64,000 nt of DNA from Octopus sinensis (lineage: Eukaryota). The stretch spans positions 20,150,001-20,214,000 of the forward strand of contig NC_043013.1 of assembly GCF_006345805.1 (NCBI RefSeq), written 5' to 3'. Made by a program: the position numbers and the translations under genes. This document shows, piece by piece, positions 1-11,605 of the stretch; positions within the stretch are counted from its first letter, which is position 1; each line of letters begins with the position of its first letter. Under the pieces are notes generated by a model. That model was given only the letters and a program-made list of their open reading frames with translations, did no database searches and was not told the DNA's origin.

Positions 1-2238
1 AGTGTTGACAGTCATGCTTCACAATTTTTGACTGTAGCATGATGATTGATTCTGTGCTATAAATACAGCTGGGTAGGCTCAGAGTGCTAGGTTTTGCAAA
101 CTGTATTCTGACCAATCAGTGTGTAGTATCACTCAATTACTTAAGCTGATTGGTTGGTTGAGCTGATTGGTTTAGGCATCACGCTTGTTGGACATGTCAA
201 GAGTCCTGTATCTTGACCCTGGCCGAAGCAGCAATTGTTGGGTTATTTTTAGAAATGTTGTAAATATCCTTTGTCAGAGATTTTTATATTTTATATTTCA
301 ATTGTCATCATCATCATTGTCAGCACCTTAATTATTGTTGCTAGTGGTGATGGTTATGGCAATAGAACTTTTAACCCTAAATAAGATAATTTTCCTGCTA
401 TCTTCGTCTTGATCACCTTTAGTATTGTTGTTGTTGTTAGTGGTCATGGTCGTAGCAGTGGAAGTAATACCTCTAAGTATTATTATTATTATTATTGCTT
501 ATTTAGCTTGGGTTCGAATTTATCAATAAATTCTTTTCTCTGATTTTCCTCTCGATTTCACTTGGGCTGTGTAATTTGTAGAATGGAAATATTATATATA
601 TTTTCCGACCACATGTTGCTAGGTGGTTACTCAAAGGTATCTGACGGACCTCGGGTCTCTAATCTGTTGCCGGTGTACACGTGAGCGTTCTAATAGTGCG
701 TTTCCCGTCTGACCTACATATATTTCTTCACAATTGGGCATTTGATGCAGTAAATTAAATTCTGCTTTTGCAGTTCATATTCGCGTTTGTGAATATTTTC
801 CCGGTTTTTGTGTTTATATATTGACCGGTATGTATGAATTGGCATGTGCCACATCGGCTATCATTGCATTTAGATACCGTGAATGTTTGGTCTTTGTTGC
901 TGAGGTCAAATTTTGCCTGTGTAGTAATGTTTTCAAGTTTTAGGCTGTCTTTTACTAAGCACCATAGCTCGATCCGTGATTATGTCTTTTAATTCATTAC
1001 TTTGGGCAATGATTGGTAGGTTTGCTTTGGCAATGTTGAAGATATTCTGGTGACATGGGGTGTGTCACTATGAATGGTATGACTTGTTCTTGTTTTCCTC
1101 TTCCTTGGGTTGTCCTAAGTTGTTGTATAGGTATTTTTATAGCCCGCTGTATGCCATTTTCTATAAGTAGAGATGGGTATTTTGTTTGAGCAAAAATTCT
1201 CTTAGTTCTATTAGGCGTTTGTTCCTGATATTTGCATCTTCTACAATAGTACAAATTCTTCTGGCTAGGCAGTATGGGATGTTACGTTTTGTATGTGGTG
1301 GATGGCACGACTTGAAATTTAGGTATTGATGTGTGTCTGTGTGTTTATAGTATATATCTGTGGTGATGGTGGTGTCTTTTTTTAATTACCATTATATCCA
1401 GGAATGGTAATTTGGTACTACTCATCTCCTTTGTAAATTGGAGAGAGGGTGTAGGTTGTTCAGGAGGATATTGAACTCTTCCAGAGTATTTAGAGATTCT
1501 GTCCAGATTATGAAACAGTCGTCTAGGTATCTCTCCATGCCTTTTCAATATACTTTCTAAACCAGTGCCATAGTTTACCTCCACCTCTTGGTAGAGTTGT
1601 TCTTCTAAGTATCCCATTACAGAGTGGCGTAAACGGGAGCAAACCTCGTTCCCATCGCCGTGCCTCTAATTTGGATGTAATTCTTTCCATGAAGAAGAAT
1701 GTGTTATTTCTAGAATAAGCTTGACTGTGTCTAATATAAATGGCACTGTGAATCTGCTGGGAATCACTTCTCTATGTTTTTAACCAGTATTTAATCGCCT
1801 TTATCCTAAATCGTGTGGAATATTGGTGTAGAGGCTTACCACATCAAAACTTAGTAAAAATGAATTTGTTCCTGTTGTTTGGGAAGATGGGACAGGAAGT
1901 CGATGTCATCCCTGATGAAACTTGGTATGTAAGTACATAGTGGTTTCAAAAACAATGTCAATAAAATTGCTTAGACGGTGTGTAGGGCTGCTGGACCAGC
2001 TATAATAGGTCTAAGTTTAGGTTTTGGATGTAATAATTTTTATGTACTCATTCTTGTTCTTTTAGCCTGTTGAATGTTTTTGATTTGTGTATTTTTGGTA
2101 AGCCGTAGAAGTTGCTGGGTTGGTTCAAAATTGGTGATGTAGTCTTTTCATTATCCGTAAGTGAGTTGTGGTGTGTTGAATCAGGTTGTTGATCTTTTTC
2201 ATGATGTGGTGGTCTATATTGCGGGTATTTCACAATAG
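1..2238 (-). mobile_element. Penelope-like element, inverted (left) arm; runs off the window start
   Basis: Reverse complement of ~2270-4537 (base 1 AGTGTTGACAGTCATGC pairs with ...GCATGACTGTCAACACT at 4537). Minus-strand ORF fragments 997-1254, 1345-1617 and 2048-2245 match the right-arm peptides. Confidence 0.92.
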
Positions 2239-2254
2239 GATACAACTTCTATCT

Positions 2255-4038
2255 GAAGGATACAACCTTCTATTGTGAAATACCCGCAAATATAGACACC
2301 CACATCATGAAAAAGATCAACAACCTGATTTCAACACACCACAACTCACTTACGGATAATGAAAAAGACTACATCACCAATTTTGAACCAAAACCCAGCA
2401 ACTTCTACGGCTTACCAAAAATACACAAATCAAAAAACATTCAACAGGCAGTAAAAGAACAAGAAAGTGAGTACATAAAATTATTACATCCAAAAGACCT
2501 AAAACTTAGACCTATTATAGCTGGTCCAGCATGCCCTACACACCGTCTAAGCAATTTTATTGACATTGTTTTGAAACCACTATGTACTTACATACCAAGT
2601 TTCATCAGGGATGACATCGACTTCCTGTCCCATCTTCCCAAAACAACAGGAACAAATTCAGTTTTACTAAGTTTTGATGTGGTAAGCCTCTACACCAATA
2701 TTCCACACGATTTAGGAATAAAGGCGATTAAATACTGGTTAGAAAACATAGAGAAGTGATTCCCAGCAGATTCACAGTGCCATTTATATTAGACACAGTC
2801 AAGCTTATTCTAGAAAATAACACATTCTTCTTCAATGGAAAGAATTACATCCAAATTAGAGGCACGGCGATGGGAACGAGGTTTGCTCCCGTTTACGCCA
2901 ACTCTGTAATGGGATACTTAGAAGAACAACTCTACCAAGAGGTGGAGGTAAACTATGGCACTGGGTTTAGAAAGTATATTGAAAAGACATGGAAGAGATA
3001 CCTAGACGACTGTTTCATAATCTGGACAGAATCTCTAAATACTCTGGAAGAGTTCAAATCCTCCTGAACAACCTACACCCATCTCTCCAATTTACAAAGG
3101 AGATGAGTAGTACCAAATTACCATTCCTGGATATAATGGTAATAAAAAAGACACCACCATCACCACAGATATACTATAAACACACAGACACACATCAATA
3201 CCTAAATTTCAGTCGTGCCATCCACCACATACAAAACGTAACATCCCATACTGCCTAGCCAGAAGAATTGTACTATTGTAGAAGATGCAAATATCAGGAA
3301 CAAACGCCTAATAGAACTAAGAGAATTTTTGCTCAAACAAAAATACCCATCTCTACTTATAGAAAATGGCATACAGCGGGCTATAAAAATCCTATACAAC
3401 AACTTAGGACAACCCAAGGAAGAGGAAAACAAGAACAAGTCATACCATTCATAGTGACACACAACCCATGTCACCAGAATATCTTCAACATTGCCAAAGC
3501 AAACCTACCAATCATTGCCCAAAGTAATGAATTAAAAGACATAATCACGGATCGAGCTATGGTGCTTAGTAAAAGACAGCCTAAAAACTTGAAAACATTA
3601 CTAACAAAGGCAAAATTTGACCTCAGCAACAAAGACCAAACATTCACGGTATCTAAATGCAATGATAACCGATGTGGCACATGCCAATGCATACATACCG
3701 GTCAATATATAAACACAAAAACCGGGAAAATATTCACAAACGCGAATATGAACTGCAAAAGCAGAAATTTAATTTACTGCATCAAATGCCCAAATTGTGA
3801 AGAAATATATGTAGGTCAGACGGGAAACGCACTATTAGAACGCTCACGTGTACACCGGCAACAGATTAGAGACCCAGAGGTCCGTCAGATACCTTTGAGT
3901 AACCACCTAGCAACATGTGGTCGGAAAATATATATAATATTTCCATTCTACAAATTACACAGCCCAAGTGAAATCGAGAGGAAAATCAGAGAAAAGAATT
4001 TTATTGATAAATTCGAACCCAAGCTAAATAAGCAATAA
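2255..4038 (+). pseudogene. PLE polyprotein (reverse transcriptase + GIY-YIG endonuclease), frameshifted as assembled
   Basis: RT motifs FYGLPKIHK, LRPII, FDVVSLYTNIP, GTAMG, YLDD (2999-3010), LPFLD. Linker CNDNRCGTC (Cx4Cx2C, characteristic of the Neptune clade). Endonuclease NLIYCIKC...YVGQT...R..H...E...N. The frame extends upstream of the ATG at 2307 (LKDTTFYCEIPANID). Confidence 0.92.
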
Positions 4039-4364
4039 TAATAATAATAATACTTAGAGGTATTACTTCCACTGCTACGACCATGACCACTAACAACAAC
4101 AACAATACTAAAGGTGATCAAGACGAAGATAGCAGGAAAATTATCTTATTTAGGGTTAAAAGTTCTATTGCCATAACCATCACCACTAGCAACAATAATT
4201 AAGGTGCTGACAATGATGATGATGACAATGAATTGAAATATAAAATAAAAATATAAAAATTCTGACAAAGGATATTACAACATTTCTAAAAATAACCCAA
4301 CAATTCTGCTTCGGCCAGGGTCAAGATACAGGACTCTTGACATGTCCAAACAAAGCGTGATGCC

Positions 4365-4485
4365 TAAACCAATCAGCTCAACCAACCAATCAGCTTAGTA
4401 ATGAGTGATACTACACACTGATTGGTCAGAATACAGTTTGCAAAACCTAGCACTCTGGAGCCTACCCAGCTGTATTTATAGCACA
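4365..4485 (+). promoter_or_regulatory. Candidate pLTR promoter: CCAAT boxes plus TATA-like box
   Basis: CCAAT at 4369 and 4386, ATTGG at 4421, TATTTATA at 4473-4480, ~65 nt upstream of the HHR. Motif match only. Confidence 0.35.
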
Positions 4486-4543
4486 GAATCAATCATCATG
4501 CTACAGTCAAAAATTGTGAAGCATGACTGTCAACACTACTACA

Positions 4544-4588
4544 TGAACCCGAAGATTGCAGAATTCAATGCATGAAAGTACTAGTTCA
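4544..4588 (+). ncRNA. Minimal type I hammerhead ribozyme, degenerate core
   Basis: Stem I TGAAC/GTTCA; core CCGAAGA (CUGANGA with U4>C); stem II TGCA/TGCA; GAAA; palindromic stem III AGTACT; CUA triplet with predicted cut after 4583. Confidence 0.75.
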
Positions 4589-4716
4589 ATCAGAATGAAT
4601 ATTTAACATTTACTATTTCATTTTATTTTATTCAATTATAATATATTATCTTATAATATATCATTATAAGATTGTAAATAAAAAGTGTGAAAATCAGACA
4701 AGGTTGGAATTCTTTA

Positions 4717-4760
<44 letters not shown>

Positions 4761-5120
4761 TTTTACATATTCATCCTTATACACACATATAAGCATGCAA
4801 TGATACATACATACATACACACTAATTCACATAGAAAGCAAGAGATAGAGATGCATACATACATACATGCATACTTATGCATACACACAAACACGTACAT
4901 ACATACATACATACATACATGTACTAACATGTAGCATCAGTTGATTAAATGTAACTTTCTTTGATAAACCATGAAATATTTCTAATTAAAGTATCAAATA
5001 AATGAAAAAAAAAAAAACTATGTTGGTGTCTGCAGGAATTCGTGTGGAATGGTGCGGAAAAATATTTAAATGCTATTTGATAGCTTTGTGATGTGGAGTA
5101 GTGGGGAGGGGGAGGGAGTT

Positions 5121-5580
5121 AGTTGAGTTGGTACTCTCTGATAAGGAGCTGAGGTGTGAGCAAGGGAGTGAATAGAGTTTGTACTCTGTGTTAGGAAGTA
5201 GAGGTGAGAGGTAGGGAGTGAATAGAGTTGGTACTCTATGTTAGGGAGTAGAGGTGAGAGGTAGGAAGTAAATAGAGTTGGTACTCTTTGATAGGGAGTA
5301 GAGGTGTGAGCAAGGGAGTGAATAGAGTTGGTACTCTGTGATAGGGTGGAGAGGTGAAAGTTAGGGAGTAAATAGAGTTGGTACTCTGTGATAGGGAGTA
5401 AAGGTGAGAGGTAGGAAGTAAATAGAGTTGGCACTCTATGATAGGAGTAGAGGTGAGAGGTAGGGAGTAAACAGAGTCGGTACTCTGTCATAGGGTAGAG
5501 AGGTGAGAGGTAGGGAGTGAATAGAGTTGGTACTCTATGATAGGGAGTAAATAGAGTCGGTACTCTCTGATAGGGAGGAG
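5121..5580. repeat. 50-bp minisatellite, ~9-10 units
   Basis: AATAGAGTTGGTACTCT recurs at 5221, 5271, 5321, 5371 and 5421. Confidence 0.9.
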
Positions 5581-6815
5581 AGGTGAGGTGTAGGCTGTAA
5601 ATATTTCATACTTTCTAGTGTGGTGTAGAAGTGTGAGGGAGTGAGTTAATAGTTGTGGAGTTAAGCTAGCAAGGAACCTGGGATAGCAAACAGAAGGTGT
5701 TGGTACTCTTTGATGTGAAATAGTGGTGACATGGAGACGGGGATAGTAAACACAGGCTATCGATACTCTGAGATAGCATTTCTCAGTTTGTAGAATTTCA
5801 GCATTGAACATTTCATATCCTTGCAGAGGCGGAAAACCAAAATAAGAACTTTCTCTACCTAAGCCCTTCCCACCCCTAACGGAATGGTGTTTTACTCTCT
5901 GAGCCTTTAGTGTAACTAAAAGAACACCTGTTAGGGATTAATTGATGCTGTTGCCATATTAGGTCGGTCCTGATCAAACAGACTTTGATACAAAATATTC
6001 CAACCATGACCATTCTGTCTAACAGTGCTAAAAGGCCTGCATGAATGAATGTCTGCTAACCTTTATAAGATGATATGATTGAGAGAGATTTGGCTGTTAT
6101 TTCTAACAGGTTGAACAACCATCGAAGCTGTACATTAGAAGCATGACTACCTCAACATTTTCCTATGTGTAAGGAATACAGGTACACATTATCCGATGTG
6201 ACTCTCTGTAAGGTGGTAGGTAGAATTTGAGGGAGATTGGGCTGTTGTTTCTAGCAAGTCATACAATCTCGTTTGCTGAAACAAGTAAAGGAAAAAAATA
6301 AGGTATATATACAATATATATATATATATATATAGTAACAATTTAGATTCAAATGAATATGGTACTCAATTTAGATGCACTAGAATTTTGTATGGTTTTA
6401 CCCATAAAAACTTGCGGGGTGATTATAATCAAAATAAGCAACAAGAATGACTCCGGTGATTTGGTACAATTGTTTTGTACTACAACATTTTATTAAAAGC
6501 TGTAAATATTACAGCAGATTTAAGATGCTGAGTGCTCATTAGCTAATTTATATAGGTTTTCCAATAATATAAAAGCTTTCAAATCAAGTAGTAACATTTT
6601 AGGGATGGTAGATATACAGATAAAGATGTAGATATAAATTTTAGGAACATATGAAGTTGTGAAGTTCAGTTGCTAACTGACCAAAACTCTGGTTGTAACT
6701 GACTGACTATAAGAATTTTTTAGTTTTAGTTTATATATATGTATATAATGATAAATCTCAGAGCGAGTTATAAACAGTAGCAGCAACACATCGTGACGTA
6801 TATTTGCCATTTGAA

Positions 6816-6874
6816 TATGGCTAACCCCTAAGGGTGGATGCTACTGTAGCATCCACCCTTAGGGGTTAGCCATA
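6816..6874. repeat. Perfect 59-bp palindrome (29-bp arms, 1-nt loop)
   Basis: TATGGCTAACCCCTAAGGGTGGATGCTAC-T-GTAGCATCCACCCTTAGGGGTTAGCCATA. Confidence 0.95.
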
Positions 6875-6963
6875 CAGCCATGCCTGCACTTATATATATA
6901 TATATATGTATGTATATGCATATGATGGAGGTGAAATATAAAGGTATATATATATATATATAT

Positions 6964-7173
6964 ACTCTTTACTCTTTTACTTGTTTCAGTCATTTGACTG
7001 CGGCCATGCTGGAGCACCACCTTTAGTCGAGCAAATCGACCCCAGGACTTATTTTTTGTAAGCCCAGTACTTATTCTATTGGTCTCTTTTTGCCGAACCG
7101 CTAAGTGGCGGGGACGTAAACACACCAGCATCGGTTATCAAGCAATGCTAGGGGGACAAACACAGACACACAA

Positions 7174-7204
<31 letters not shown>

Positions 7205-7376
7205 CATATATACGACAGGCTTCTTTCAGTTTCCGTCTACCAAATTCACTCACAAGGCATTGGTCGGCCCGGGGCTATAGCAGAAGACACACATGCCCAA
7301 GATGCCATGCAGTGGGACTGAACCCGAAACCATGTGGTTGGTTAGCAAGCTACTTACCACACAGCCACTCCTGCAC
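6964..7376 (-). mobile_element. tRNA-head SINE family A (internal TA/CA microsatellite)
   Basis: Head GTGGCTGTGTGGTAAGTAGCTTGC...GGTTCAGTCCCAC, tail CAGCATGGCCGCAGTCAAATGACTGAAACAAGTAAAAG. Many dispersed copies in the window. Confidence 0.85.
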
Positions 7377-7695
7377 CTATATATATATATAGGAAGATGA
7401 TGTGGGTTTTCATAAATCAGTGTTGTTTGTTTTTAAGCATAATTCTTTGATTTTAATTATCTCTTGTTTGCTTCACTGATTTCAGTTGGTTCTTTTTTTT
7501 CTTTTTCTGTCTTTGACTTTTCCTTGCTTCTCCTTCTCTCTTTCCCCCTCCCTTTGTTTCTTACTTCTTTTCTCTCTCTTTCACTCTTTGTTGTCCTCCA
7601 TTATTTCACAGTCTCCCATACGGAGTCTTTGACTTTTCTCTTTACAGTAATTCATTCCCCACATATTCTTATCTTCCTTTCCCTCTTTGTCTCTC

Positions 7696-7737
<42 letters not shown>

Positions 7738-7902
7738 CTCCTCTTCCTCTCCCCACTCTTCTTCCTTCTTCCTAATCTTTGTGTCTTTTATTAACCCTTG
7801 GCACTCCGAAAAGAAGAATGATGTGTGTGTGTGTTCCAGGAACCAGTGTCTACACCTTCTCAGACATTTATCAAAGTTAACACTCACATGTGAATAAGGT
7901 AC

Positions 7903-8410
7903 TTGGTGGTGGTGGTGGTGGTGGTGGTGGTGGTGGTGGTGGTGGTGGTGGTGTGAATGGGAGTGAAGGCTGAGGAATGTGAGTAAATTAGGGGAAAGAT
8001 GATGGCAGCAGAGTGTGAGCAAATGATGGTGAAGGTAGTGGAGTGTGAGTGAATGAGGGTGATGACAGTGGAGTGTGAATAATAGAGTGTGACAGCTGAG
8101 GAGTGTGAGTGAATGGAGTGTGCTACCAGGGGAGTGTGAATAATTGAGTGTGCTACCAGTGGAGCTTGAGTGAATGAGAGTGATGCCAGTGGAGTGTGAG
8201 TGAACGAGAGTGACAAGAGTGTGAGTGAATGGGTGCAATAGCAATAAAGTGTGAGTGAATGAGAGTGATGGCAGTGGAGTGTGAGGGAACGAGGGTGACA
8301 AGAGTGTGAGTGAATGAGGATAACAGCAGTGAAGAGTGAGTGAATGAGGACAATGGAAGTGGAGTGTGAGTGAATTAGGGTAACAGCAGTGGAGTGAGAG
8401 TGAATGGTAA
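7903..8410. repeat. (GGT)n followed by a degenerate 30-bp GAGTGTGAGTGAATGA repeat
   Basis: GTGAGTGAAT recurs with ~30-nt period; source of the spurious His/Thr-rich ORFs. Confidence 0.85.
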
Positions 8411-8997
8411 TGAGAATGAAGAAGTTTAAGTGAAGAGGTGTGAAAATAGAGACCAGAGTTCTGGTAGTGCTGGTGGTGGTGGTGTGTAGGAAGAAGAATA
8501 GATGAAAGTAATTTAACGAGTCATTTTCTGTAATTATTCTGAAGCAATAAGACCAATATTCCTGTCTATATTCCTAATAAAAGAACATCATTTGGAATAC
8601 CAAGATGTCAGTTTGTTGGGAAGCTCTGTGTATATAAATGGTTGACGATTTAACAGATGAACAACAATAACAACAACAAGCACAATCTCAGCAATAATAG
8701 ATTCCTGCAATTAAGTCTTTGACTGCTTCATCTATCTCTCTGCAGACATTCTCCTCCTTTGTCTTTCTCGTTAACTACATCGTCACCTTTTCTTTTTTTT
8801 TTTTTTTTTTCTTATAGTTCCAAATTGCTTCTACTTTTTCAAACTTGCCATATTCTGGCAGTCGGTTGGAATGATGCCAGTTCTGAGACCAGCTTCTATT
8901 GATAATGTCATCGGCTATCTGCGTCTTGTGGCGGCAACGGTAGCAGCTCTCTGATGACAGCTTCTCATTTACTGCTTCGCTGCTTTCAAACATCGCT

Positions 8998-9443
8998 TTA
9001 TACATACATATCAATACATATATATATATACATACATACATGCATATATATATATATATATACATGCATACATATATATACACATGTATATATATATGCA
9101 TGTATATATATATATACATATATATATATGCATGTATATATATATATATACATATATATATGCATGTATATATATATACATATATATATGTATATACATA
9201 TATACATGCATATATATCTATATATATATATATACATATCTATTTATCTATCTATCTATATATGTATATATATATATATGCATGTATATATATATACATA
9301 TATATATATGTATATATATACATGCATATGTGTATATATATATATATATATTATACATATCTATCTATCTATATATGTGTATATATATATGTATGCATGT
9401 ATATATACATATATATATATGTATATATATACATGCATATGTG

Positions 9444-9496
<53 letters not shown>

Positions 9497-9522
9497 CTAT
9501 TTATCTATCTATCTATATATGT

Positions 9523-9578
<56 letters not shown>

Positions 9579-9621
9579 CTATTTATCTATCTATCTATAT
9601 ATGTAGTATATATATTATATA

Positions 9622-9673
<52 letters not shown>

Positions 9674-9870
9674 CTATTTATCTATCTATCTATATATGTA
9701 TGTATATATATATATATATATACATATCTATTTATCTATCTATCTATATATGATATATATATATATAATATATATATATATATAATATATACATATCTAT
9801 TTATCTATCTATCTATATATATATATATGTGTATATATATATATTATATATAATATATATGTATGTATAT
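8998..9870. repeat. Long compound (TA)n/(TATG)n/(TATC)n microsatellite
   Basis: Direct inspection. Confidence 0.95.
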
Positions 9871-10149
9871 ATGTGTATGTGTGTTTTCTACCTGTTACCA
9901 ACAAACATAGAGTGTATCTGACAACATGTTCAACATTTGCATGTGTCTTGCGAAGCAGATCTGCAATCATACATATTTGTCTTCTTGTGTGTGTGAGAGA
10001 GAGAGAGAGGAGAGAGAAAACAAGAGGGTGTGTGTGTGTTGCCAGTATAGGTGTGATGTGTTCAGAGTATCACTCAGTGTGTGACAGGTGAGTGTGAAGG
10101 GCCATAATAAATCTCAGTCTAGAATTTTATGTTAGACAATCGAATATCC

Positions 10150-11075
10150 AACTCTAATTGCAGACGACAGGTTGGCAGGATCGTTAGCATCTCAGACACG
10201 ATGCTTTGTAGCTTTTGCAGTTCAAATTCTGCAGCGGTTGACTTCATCTTTCATGCTTTGGTGGGGTGGGGCAGTCAATAAAATAAGTACCAGTTGAGCA
10301 CTGGGGAAGGGGTGGGGATGGAGACAATGTAATTCAGTAGCCCCATCCCCCCACCCCCATCTCAAAATTTCAGACTTTGCACCTGTAGCAGAAAGAATTA
10401 TTATCACTGTCATCATCATCATCGTCAGCATCATCATCATCATCATTATCATCGTCGTCGTCGTCGTCGTCGTCGTCATCATCATCATCATCATTATCAT
10501 CGTCGTCATCATCATCGTTGTTGTCGTCATCATCATCGTCATCATCATCATTATTGCTGGTATTATTATAGTAGCAAGCCGGCAGAATTGTTAGCATTTT
10601 GGGCGAAATGCTAAGTGGCATTTTGTCTGTTTTTATGTTCTGAGTTCAGATTCCCCAAGCTTGTCCTTCGTCTTTACATGGGTGTTGAAACAAGTACCAT
10701 TTGAGCATGGGTGGTTTGATGTAATTGACATTCCCCCTCTAATGAAGCTTCAAGACTTGTGCTTGTAGTAGAAAGAATTCTTTTCTACTCTAGGCATAAG
10801 CCCCAAAATTTTGGGGGAGGGGTCCAGTCAATTAGTTCAACCCCAGTACGCAACTGGTACTTAATTTATCGACTTTTTTTATTGATTTTAAATTTTGACA
10901 CAAGGCCAATAACTTCGGATAAGGGATAAATTGATTATATCAACCCCAGCACTCAGCTGGTACTTCTTTTATCAACCCCGAAAGGATGAAAGGCAAAGTC
11001 AACCTTGGCAGAATTTGAACCCAGAATGTAACGACAGACGAAATACCACTAAGCATTGTTTTTGCCAGCTCACCA
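10150..11075. mobile_element. Cluster of SINE family B fragments in both orientations around a (CAT/CGT)n tract
   Basis: Repeated core TTCTGAGTTCAAATT...GACTT...TCATC...AGTACCAGTTG and its reverse complement (10775-10870, 10930-11075). Confidence 0.75.
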
Positions 11076-11605
11076 TATCTTGTTACTGCTATTTTTGTTG
11101 TTATTGTGAATGCATGTGGCTTAGTGGGGAGGGCATTCAGTAGACAATCCTGAGTTCAATTCCCAGTGATGTGTTGTTTTCTTGAGCAAGACACTTTATT
11201 TCACATTGCTCCAGTCCACTCAGCTGGCAAAAATTAGTAGTACCTGTATTTCAAAGGGCAGATCTTGTCACACTGAATCTACCTGGGAACTTCATTAAGT
11301 TTATACATGTCTGTGTTGTGAATGTGTTTTACATTAATTTCATGAGCAAGCTGTCCCATTGATCAGATCAGCTGGAACCTTATCATCATAACTGATGGAG
11401 TTCCAGTTGTTGCTGCTGCTGCTGCTGCTTCTTCTTCTTCTTCTTCTTCTTTATACATGTCCGTATGTCTGTGTTGTGAATGTGTTGTACATTAATTCCA
11501 TTGCTCAATAAACACTCACAATGCCTGATCTGGGGAATCGAAACTGCATTCTTACGACAGTGAGTCCGCTACCCTAACCACTGGGCTATTGCACCTCCAC
11601 TCCAC

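Larger units (their letters stand above)
2255..4718 (+). mobile_element. Penelope-like retroelement (Neptune-type), 5'-truncated, right arm
   Basis: RT + GIY-YIG coding region, then a ~680-nt 3' region with an HHR and AATAAA (~4676), ending in (TA)n at ~4718. Confidence 0.93.

Noticed and set aside
2239-2269. Sequencing adapter at the palindrome centre
   Set aside because: The spacer is element-derived (a duplicate of AGGATACAACCTTCTAT) and does not match a SMRTbell-type adapter; other chimera types are not excluded.
3202-3692. Minus-strand ORFs 3202-3474 and 3471-3692; likewise 38585-39115, 62054-62260 and 63068-63352
   Set aside because: Antisense shadows of the PLE and RTE coding or repeat sequence.
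7669-8301. 210-aa His/Ser/Thr-rich ORF with poly-His
   Set aside because: Derived from (GGT)n and a 30-bp repeat; the overlapping frame gives poly-Thr; no splice or domain support.
8954-9622. Long Y/I/C/M/H-rich ORFs (also at 14.0-14.5, 27.3-28.1, 34.8-35.3, 37.5-38.1, 57.1-57.6 and 59.4-60.0 kb)
   Set aside because: Translations of TA/TG/CA microsatellites; open on several frames and both strands.
10222-10621. Poly-Asp / poly-Met ORFs
   Set aside because: (CAT/CGT)n tract flanked by SINE fragments.
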